From an uncultured Phycisphaerales bacterium (GTDB taxonomy: Bacteria; Planctomycetota; Phycisphaerae; Tepidisphaerales; Tepidisphaeraceae): a DNA stretch of 64,000 nucleotides. The notes under the pieces are model-generated. The model did no database searches. It was given only the letters and a program-made list of their open reading frames with translations, and was not told where the DNA came from. Below are positions 51,313 through 58,753 of the stretch, one piece after another. Both the position numbers and the translations under genes were made by a program. Position 1 is the first letter of the stretch. Each line of letters opens with the position of its first letter. The DNA lies in NCBI GenBank assembly GCA_963755915.1, contig CAVWLP010000002.1, forward strand, positions 2,560,001-2,624,000. Direction: 5' to 3'.

Positions 51313-53181
51313 ATGCACGGCGTTTTTGTACACCGGTCGCGGGGCCTCCATCCACGGCGCCGCGCGGTTATTCCCAGATTCCTGAAACTCGCCTGCCCGG
51401 CGATCGCGCTGGTGGATCTCGGTGCATCCGCTGCAAGTGCCTTAACCGAATCCACGAACTGGTCGGGCTATGCCGCCACGTCCGGCACTGCCTTTACCGA
51501 TGTTTCGGATACCTTCGTGGTTCCGTCGCTGACGGCGCCTTCGTCGGGGACGAGTTATTCATCGTTTTGGGTCGGTCTGGACGGGGCAACGGGCACGTTG
51601 GATCCGACGGTGGAGCAGTGTGGTATCCAGGGAACGATCAGCGCGGGGCAGTCTTCCGGGACATATTACCCGTGGTTCGAATTTGCCCCAGCCGGCCAGG
51701 AGGAGATCGAAAACTTCAGCATTAATGCCGGCGATACGATCCATCTGGATGCGACCTATGAACCCTCCGAGAGCACGACTGGAAATTACGCGTATTTGTT
51801 CGACATAGACGACGAGTCGACCGGCCAGTCGTTCGACCAGACGGAGTTCACTTCGACTGAGGATCAGCGTTCCTCGGCGGAATGGATCGCTGAGGCGACA
51901 TCGCTGAAGCAGGGCACGATGGTTGTGGTGCAAACCCTGGCCAACTTTGGGAGCGTGACATTAACGAACTGCGTGGCAGCGCTTAATGGGGGAGCCGACC
52001 AGTCGGCGGCATCGCTTGGCGGCACCGGATACGAAATAATCCAGGCAAATGAAGTGGTGGCGATTCCCAGCAATCTGAATTCGACCGGCGAGATATTCAC
52101 GGATTACTGCGCGTCAAGCCTGCCGAACCTGGTTTGGAAGGATTCCACCGGAAATAAGCAATGGGATTTAACCAGTGCGAACTGGAATGACGGGACGGCC
52201 ACCACGGCTTACGGGGATGCCTGCCCGGTTACGTTTAACGACAGCAACGGGGGCAGCGGAAATTATGCGGTGACCCTCAACGCCCTGGTAAGCCCGGCAT
52301 CGGTGACTGTCAGCAACAGTTCGGGCAATTACGTGATCAGCGGCTCCGGGGGAATTGCCGGCGGGGCGGCGCTGAGCAAGTCCGGGTCGGATACGATCAC
52401 GCTTGATACGGCGAACTCGTTTACCGGAGGCGTGACTGTCAGTGCCGGGACGCTGGTGGCGGGCGTGAGCGGGGCACTGCCGGATGGGGCGGTGAAGATT
52501 ACCGGTGGTACGCTGCGGCTGGGCACTAACACCGGTAACCCGACAGTTTCGTCGCTGTCGATTTCCAGCGGGGAGATGGACATTGGCAACAACACGCTGT
52601 TCATCACGTACGGATCGAGCGATCCGATTTCGACGATCGCGGGGTATATCAAGACGGGATATAACTCCGGCAACTGGAACGGGACCGGGATTATCTCCTC
52701 CAGCGCCCGGACAAAAACCAACGGCCTGGTGTATGGCGTGGGGTGGGCGGATGGAAAGGATAATGTAGTCAGCGGGTTGAATTCGGGGACGATCGAGTTG
52801 AAATACACGCTGCTGGGGGATGCGAATCTGGATGGGACGGTGAACGGGAGCGATTTCAGCATCCTCGCGGCGAATTTTGGTTTGGGGGTGACGAACTGGG
52901 ACCAGGGTAATTTTTTGTTTTCGTCTTCGGTGAATGGGTCGGATTTTTCGGCGTTGGCGGCGAATTTTGGGCAGGGGGATTCCGGGGCGGATGTGGGCGT
53001 TTCTGTGGCCGACATTGCGGCGCTGGATGTGTTTGCGGAGGCAAATGGGTTGGCGTTGCCGAGCATAGGGGTGGTGCCGGAGCCTGTTAGCGCCGGGATA
53101 GTGATCCTGTCCGGACTTGGCATGCTGGCCCTGCGGCGGCGGCGCGGACGAGCCGGGCGAATTAGCCCGAATCAACTTTGA
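51313..53181 (+). CDS. G1-family glutamic peptidase with beta-strand stalk, dockerin-like tail and PEP-CTERM
   Basis: ESTNWSGY, SSFWVGLDG, VEQCG (catalytic Q), YYPWFEF, SSAEWIAE (catalytic E), LANFGSV; VPEP..RRRR. Confidence 0.87.
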   Translation: MHGVFVHRSRGLHPRRRAVIPRFLKLACPAIALVDLGASAASALTESTNWSGYAATSGTAFTDVSDTFVVPSLTAPSSGTSYSSFWVGLDGATGTLDPTVEQCGIQGTISAGQSSGTYYPWFEFAPAGQEEIENFSINAGDTIHLDATYEPSESTTGNYAYLFDIDDESTGQSFDQTEFTSTEDQRSSAEWIAEATSLKQGTMVVVQTLANFGSVTLTNCVAALNGGADQSAASLGGTGYEIIQANEVVAIPSNLNSTGEIFTDYCASSLPNLVWKDSTGNKQWDLTSANWNDGTATTAYGDACPVTFNDSNGGSGNYAVTLNALVSPASVTVSNSSGNYVISGSGGIAGGAALSKSGSDTITLDTANSFTGGVTVSAGTLVAGVSGALPDGAVKITGGTLRLGTNTGNPTVSSLSISSGEMDIGNNTLFITYGSSDPISTIAGYIKTGYNSGNWNGTGIISSSARTKTNGLVYGVGWADGKDNVVSGLNSGTIELKYTLLGDANLDGTVNGSDFSILAANFGLGVTNWDQGNFLFSSSVNGSDFSALAANFGQGDSGADVGVSVADIAALDVFAEANGLALPSIGVVPEPVSAGIVILSGLGMLALRRRRGRAGRISPNQL

Positions 53182-53580
53182 TTCAGCGCCAGTGGAATCG
53201 GCGATCCGGCAGGCAGCCGCCAAATGGTGGCGAATTCGCGGTCATAGGTCCACACCCGGCAGTTTCGGATTCGCCCGGCGAGAACGGCGTCCGTCCAATC
53301 GGGATCGTGGTCCGCGTATTTCAGCAGCCAGGAAAATACATCCGTCCAGAATCCCGGGTCTGCGGTAGCTGGACACGGCTGAAAACTGAGGGCCTCGATC
53401 ACGGCGCAAGCACGCCCGTCCCGGTTGTGAGACGACCAGCGCCAGCGCCTCGGTCAAAACCTCCTGGGTCAGCATCATCGGGTGTGGGACCAGCCGCCGA
53501 AGATCGGATATTGCTCTGCGGTTCAGCGCATCCCGCGGATTGGATAGAGCCACCAGTACGTTGGTGTCGAGGAGGATCAT
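53172..53580 (-). CDS. vapC: PIN-domain toxin VapC (frameshift near 53400)
   Basis: MILLDTNVLVAL, VLTEA, DWTDA, VWTYDREF: four acidic PIN residues across two frames. Confidence 0.8.
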
Positions 53581-53861
53581 TTCGATTTGCGGCGCAAGCG
53601 TTTGCGGATGGCCCGGGCGACGGCCTGGCGATCCCTAAGATCAAGCTCAGTTTTTTTTTCGCCGGGTCGATGGGGATAACGCTGGTAAATTCCCTTCAAA
53701 ACCGGGTCCACGTCGGATGGCTTCTTGATTAAACCGTTGCGTCCGTTGGACTGCCGTGCGATTGCCTCCCGGACCAGAGAAGAAATTTCCACCCCCTGCC
53801 GGCGCAAAGCGGCGACCCTTTGGGCATCCTGCTCGTTCAAACGCACGGTGAGCATTTTCAT
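53577..53861 (-). CDS. Ribbon-helix-helix antitoxin (VapB-like)
   Basis: MKMLTVRLNEQDAQRVAALRRQGVEISSLVREAI; ATGA overlap with the PIN gene. Confidence 0.75.
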   Translation of the reverse strand: MKMLTVRLNEQDAQRVAALRRQGVEISSLVREAIARQSNGRNGLIKKPSDVDPVLKGIYQRYPHRPGEKKTELDLRDRQAVARAIRKRLRRKSK

Positions 53862-53868
53862 GGCATGA

Positions 53869-53889
53869 GTATATACGCATTGTATATAC
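53869..53889. promoter_or_regulatory. Candidate TA autoregulatory operator
   Basis: Two self-palindromic GTATATAC boxes separated by GCATT, 8 bp upstream of the antitoxin start. Confidence 0.7.
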
Positions 53890-53904
53890 AATCAACGACC
53901 GGAC

Positions 53905-54267
53905 ATGCTTCGGACGGAGGCGGGAGTGAACGGCTTCGAATACGGCGTCGGCTGGTCGGACAGGAAAGACGGGATGGTTTCGGGGCTTTCGTCGGAGGAG
54001 ACGGAAATCAAATACACGTTGCCTGGGGATGCGAACCTGGACGGGGCCGTGAATGGGTCGGATTTTTCTGCGCTGGCGGCGAATTTTGGGCAGGGGGATT
54101 CGGGGGCGGATGTGGGCGTTTCTGTGGCCGACATTGCGGCGCTGGATGCGTTTGCGGGGGCGAATGGGTTGGCGTTGCCGGTTGCCGGGGCGGTGCCTGA
54201 ACCGGGGGCAGGGGGGATGGTAATCGGGGCGATTTCCGCGGGGTTTTGCGTCGGGGGCGTCGGGTGA
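53905..54267 (+). pseudogene. Orphan dockerin-like/PEP-CTERM tail cassette with internal deletion
   Basis: [50 protein letters not shown]; no signal peptide or N-domain, one half-repeat missing, basic tail out of frame. Confidence 0.75.
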
Positions 54268-54462
54268 GGTAATTGGAGGTGACGTTGAGCTGTTGGGGGG
54301 AACAGCGCCGTGCAAGCACGGCGGCTACACGGGGAGAAGTCGGCGACGGGCGGGGGTGATTTTTGGCTTGAAATTGCGGAGGGGGGGCGTATCTTGGGGT
54401 TGGGAGAAGTGTTCATTTCTGCCGTATTTGGTTGGGAATAATGGAAAAGCATTGAGGGCGTT

Positions 54463-57400
54463 ATGCGCTCAGCGAAGAAATCGTCGCGTATTGCTCTGAT
54501 TCTTGGGCTGGCGGCGTCGGTGACGCTGGGTGGAATCGTCATGGGGGCCACCGATACGGAGACGGGGGCGAATGGGTCGAACGGAACGAACGGGCAGACG
54601 CCGGGGGCAAATGGAACGAGCGGGGGCGACGGGGGGCAGGCGACGGCGACGGCTATCAGCACGGATTCTTCGAACACGGCGACGGCGACGGGTGGGACCG
54701 GGGGCAATGGGGGTAACGGGGGCGCGAGCACGGGGCAGACCAACGGGGGCTCGGGGGGAAACGGGGGGTCGGGCGGGAACGCGACCGCCACTGCGGGGAC
54801 GACGGCGGGCGCGGTTGCGGCTTCGTCAACCGCGTCGGCGACGGCGGGTGGTGGGGGAACGAATGGGGATTGCGGGAACCCATCGCAGCCGGGGCCGGGG
54901 CTTAACGATGGGGAGCCGGGGGTTCCCGGGCTCGCGGGGGTTGCGCAGGCGACGGCGACGGGGAGCAATACGGGCGCGGGAAATACACTGACGATCAGCG
55001 CGACTGCAGAGGGAGGGGCGGGCGGGGCGTTCGTGTCGCACAACAACGGAACGTATAACCCGGGCGGGCAGGAAGGGGGGGAAGGGACTGCCGAGGCGCA
55101 GGGAACTGCGCAGGGGGCGAGCGATGTGTCGGTGACGGCGGACGCGACCGGGGGGGAGGGAGGGGAAAGCTCGACGGATTATGGGGGGACGAATGGGCCG
55201 GGGGGAGTGGGAGGGGCGGCGAACGCGATCGCCACGGCGGCGTCGGTGGGGGCAGGGAATATTACGATTAACGTAGAAGCAACCGGCGGGGAGGGGGGAG
55301 CGGGGGCGGTGGGAGAAACGGAGGGATCGACGGCGGGGGCGGGAGGAACGGCTAATTTTGGGAATTCGAATTATCCGGTGATCAGCGGGACGACTGGGTC
55401 GGGAAATGTGACGATCACGGCGCAGTTCAACGGTGGGGCGGGGGGGCCGGGAGATGATTCCAACGGTGGAAGCGGGGCGAGCGAAAATATCGTGAACGCG
55501 CTGAATGCGACGACAACGGGAACGATTGCGCTGACCCAGACGGCCGTGGGGGGCGACGGCGGGTCGGGGGCGCTTTCGGGTGGAGGCATTGGGGGGAACG
55601 CCGGGGCGGGCACGAGTTCGCTGTCGCTGTCGAGCAGCGCGGCGTCGCTGACGATTACAACCAACGCCACGGGAGGCAACGGGGGGACCGGATGGCAAGT
55701 GAACGGATTTCAGGACAGTGCCAACGGGGGCGCGGCGACGTCGTATGCCAGCGCGACGAACAGTGCCGGTCCGGCGACGGCGAATGCCAACGCGACGGGG
55801 CAGAGCGGCGGGGATGGGGCGACGGGAGGGGCGGCGTCGGCGACGGCGATTGCGGCGACGAGCGGGACGAACAACGCAGTCGCGGCCAGTGCCATCACGA
55901 ATCCGGCGATGGTGGTGGAAAATGGGTTTGGAGGCAACGGAACGGCGAGCGCGATGGGGACGGCGGACGGGAACAGCGCGGTGAACGTGACGGCGAGCGC
56001 CGGCGGGCAGGCCGGAGGGCCGCAGGATCCGGGTTCGGGCAGCGGATATGCGGGGGGCGGGGCAAGCGCGAGCGCGAGCGGATCGAACGCGGGTTCGGCG
56101 AGCGTCATGGTGAGCGCGACGGCGCTGGGAGGGGAGGGGGGTGACAGCACTGGGGCCGTTAGCGGGGCGGGGGGGAGTGCGAGCGCGAGCGCTTCGGGCT
56201 CATCATCCGGCGGGGGAGCTGTTAGCGTCACGGCAATGCAGACGGGCGGGGAGGGAGGGTTGGCGCAGGGGGGGTTGGCAACCGAGGGGAGCGGGGCGAA
56301 TTCGTTCATGACCAATGCGGTTTCGGGGTCCACGAGCGGCGCGTTGACGCTGACGCAAACATCGGTCGCCGGGGATGCGGGATTTCCGGGGCTGGGGGTT
56401 GGGATTTCGGCGATGCCGGGGAATGCGACGTCTTCGTTGACGGCTTCGAACCCGGGCGGGGGGAGTCTGATCGCGACCGTTAGCGCGACGGGGGGATCGG
56501 TTGGAAATGCTACAAATGGAAACGCTGATGACGGGGGGACGGCCAGTGCGGCATTGGTGTTGACCAACGGCAATACGATCACCGGCTCGGCCAGCGCGGT
56601 TGGCGGGAACGGAGGGTCGTTTACTTCTGTTTCTGGCGCTACCGGGAACGGCGGAAATGGGGGTTCGGCCACGCTGGGTACGGTTATCGCGAACTCGACC
56701 GCGGATGCGGTGACGATCACGGGCTCGATCACCGGAGGTAACGGCGGGAGCGCCACCATGGGAGGAAGCGGGACGATTCCCAGCGGTAACGGGGGCAGCG
56801 GCGAGAGCGAAACGCTGGATGACCAGGTTGATGGCAACAGCCCAACGTCGGTCACGCTTTCGCAAATTGCCATTGGTGGAAATGGCGGGGAGACGACGGG
56901 CGGAGCGCCCGGTGCGGCGGGGATGGCCATGTCAACTTTGACGAGCACCAAATCAATCCCTTTCCTGAGCATCACGAGCAGCGCGACCGGCGGAGCGGGG
57001 GGCGAGCAGGATGTCGGCGGGAGCGGCGACTTAGGGGGATCGGCACTCGCGTCTGCCAGCGGGCAAAACACGGGGGCGGTGACGGTGGTTTCCACGGCGA
57101 CCGGGGGTGCGGGTGGTGCGGGCGGGAGTGTTATCGGTGAGACGGGGGGAGGCGTCGGGGATGTTGGCGGGACGGCCACCGCGAACGCGTCGGGCATATC
57201 GACTTCCGGCGGGAGCGTGAATGTGACGGCCACGCAAGTCGGGGGGGCGGGTGGGGCGGCGGTTTCCGGCGGCTCTGGGGCGGGGGCGGCATCGACGATG
57301 AGCAACGCTGTCGGCGGGGCAACGACCGGCTCACTCACGCTGACCCAGAATTCCACGGGCGGCATCGGCGGGATGGAGACTTCGGGATCGATACAGGCCG

Positions 57401-58662
57401 GCGCGGGCGGAAACGCTACCAGCACGCTGGCGTTTACCGACACGAGCTCCGCGGCCGTGATCGGCAACAGCAATGCTACGGGGGGGACGGGCGGTGATCC
57501 GGGCCGGGGCGGCGGCGGCCCGCCGGGCGGGAATGGCGGGGCGGCGAATGCGTTGTGCAGCCTTTTCGGAGGGACCAATGCTCTGACCGCAAACGCGACG
57601 GCGCAGGGAGGGGCGGGGGGGTTTGGCAATCCGGCTGGCAATGGGGGGAATGCGGTGGCGGTGGCGATGGTCTCCATAAACACGCGTCCGGCTTCAGCCA
57701 ATGCGCTGGCGACGGGCGGCACGGGCACAACCAATGGGACAGCCACGGCAACGGCGGGACTTGCGGGGATTATCGCGAGCGATTTTGTCCCGGCGACGAC
57801 CAGCGCTTCGGCGGAAGCGCAATTGACGTGGAATTCGGCTTCGGGGGCGACCGTCGTTTTCGGCCCCGCCGGAGATAACAGCGGCCAGGGGACGATTACG
57901 GGCACGATGGCGCTGATGAATACGGCCAGCGGGAGTGGATCGATTACGATCGGGAACGGGACGAATCCTACGACGCTTCGTCTGAGCGGGGACGGATCGC
58001 AGGGGTCGATCGTGGTTTCCACGAATTCGACGTTCGACATCAGCAATGATCATTTCTTCATCGATTACGGGATTGGCGGCGATCCGATCGCGTCGATCCG
58101 GTCGTGGCTGGTTTCGGGGTTCAATAACGGGGGATGGAATGGGACGGGGATTATTTCTTCGTCTGCGCAGACGGCGACGAACGGATTGAAATATGGGGTG
58201 GGGTGGGCGGATGGGGCGGATGGGACGGGTGCGGTGGCGGGGCTTTCGTCGGGTCAGATCGAATTGAAATATACGCTGCTGGGGGATGCGAACCTGGATG
58301 GGACGGTGAATGGATCGGATTTCAGCATCCTCGCGGCGAATTTTGGGTTGGGAGTTACCAATTGGGACCAGGGGAATTTTCTTTTTTCTTCGTCGGTGAA
58401 TGGGTCGGATTTTTCAGCGCTGGCGGTGAATTTTGGGCAGGGGGATTCGGGGGCGGATGTGGTCGTTTCGTCGGCCGACATCGCGGCGCTGGATGCGTTT
58501 GCGACTGCGAACGGGTTGGCGTTGCCGAGCATCGGGGCGGTGCCGGAACCGGCGGGCGTCGCTCTGCTTCTGTGCGGGATTATAGGGCTCTTTCCGCGGC
58601 GGCGAAGAAGCGACCCGCCGCCTTCTGGTGACGGGACAAAGCGCTTGTCCGACACTTTGTGA
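54463..58662 (+). CDS. 1399-aa Gly/Ala/Ser/Thr-rich repeat surface protein with dockerin-like tail and PEP-CTERM
   Basis: Signal peptide; many repeats of A-T-A-x-GGxGG ... GGxGGxA-x-A-x-A; shared tail; VPEPAGVALLLCGIIGLFPRRRR. Confidence 0.85.
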   Translation: MRSAKKSSRIALILGLAASVTLGGIVMGATDTETGANGSNGTNGQTPGANGTSGGDGGQATATAISTDSSNTATATGGTGGNGGNGGASTGQTNGGSGGNGGSGGNATATAGTTAGAVAASSTASATAGGGGTNGDCGNPSQPGPGLNDGEPGVPGLAGVAQATATGSNTGAGNTLTISATAEGGAGGAFVSHNNGTYNPGGQEGGEGTAEAQGTAQGASDVSVTADATGGEGGESSTDYGGTNGPGGVGGAANAIATAASVGAGNITINVEATGGEGGAGAVGETEGSTAGAGGTANFGNSNYPVISGTTGSGNVTITAQFNGGAGGPGDDSNGGSGASENIVNALNATTTGTIALTQTAVGGDGGSGALSGGGIGGNAGAGTSSLSLSSSAASLTITTNATGGNGGTGWQVNGFQDSANGGAATSYASATNSAGPATANANATGQSGGDGATGGAASATAIAATSGTNNAVAASAITNPAMVVENGFGGNGTASAMGTADGNSAVNVTASAGGQAGGPQDPGSGSGYAGGGASASASGSNAGSASVMVSATALGGEGGDSTGAVSGAGGSASASASGSSSGGGAVSVTAMQTGGEGGLAQGGLATEGSGANSFMTNAVSGSTSGALTLTQTSVAGDAGFPGLGVGISAMPGNATSSLTASNPGGGSLIATVSATGGSVGNATNGNADDGGTASAALVLTNGNTITGSASAVGGNGGSFTSVSGATGNGGNGGSATLGTVIANSTADAVTITGSITGGNGGSATMGGSGTIPSGNGGSGESETLDDQVDGNSPTSVTLSQIAIGGNGGETTGGAPGAAGMAMSTLTSTKSIPFLSITSSATGGAGGEQDVGGSGDLGGSALASASGQNTGAVTVVSTATGGAGGAGGSVIGETGGGVGDVGGTATANASGISTSGGSVNVTATQVGGAGGAAVSGGSGAGAASTMSNAVGGATTGSLTLTQNSTGGIGGMETSGSIQAGAGGNATSTLAFTDTSSAAVIGNSNATGGTGGDPGRGGGGPPGGNGGAANALCSLFGGTNALTANATAQGGAGGFGNPAGNGGNAVAVAMVSINTRPASANALATGGTGTTNGTATATAGLAGIIASDFVPATTSASAEAQLTWNSASGATVVFGPAGDNSGQGTITGTMALMNTASGSGSITIGNGTNPTTLRLSGDGSQGSIVVSTNSTFDISNDHFFIDYGIGGDPIASIRSWLVSGFNNGGWNGTGIISSSAQTATNGLKYGVGWADGADGTGAVAGLSSGQIELKYTLLGDANLDGTVNGSDFSILAANFGLGVTNWDQGNFLFSSSVNGSDFSALAVNFGQGDSGADVVVSSADIAALDAFATANGLALPSIGAVPEPAGVALLLCGIIGLFPRRRRSDPPPSGDGTKRLSDTL

Positions 58663-58753
58663 ATTCATTTCCATCGCTGAAATTTGCTTGTTGAAGCTTC
58701 TAACGCGGAGTATATTGCGGGGTGTACGGCAAGCGCTTTCTGCGGAGGTTTTT

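Noticed and set aside
52930-54180. Tail repeats as DGR or CRISPR-like array
   Set aside because: They are coding paralogous domains with mostly synonymous differences, with no regular repeat-spacer period and no RT or cas genes
54463-57850. Collagen-like or ice-nucleation protein
   Set aside because: No sustained Gly-X-Y triplets and no AGYGSTxT octapeptide repeats
55710-58046. 778-aa Pro-rich antisense ORF (also 31590-33674, 53892-55046, 52329-53123 and similar)
   Set aside because: Shadow frames of GC-rich sense genes; Pro/Ala richness mirrors Gly/Ala codons on the coding strand
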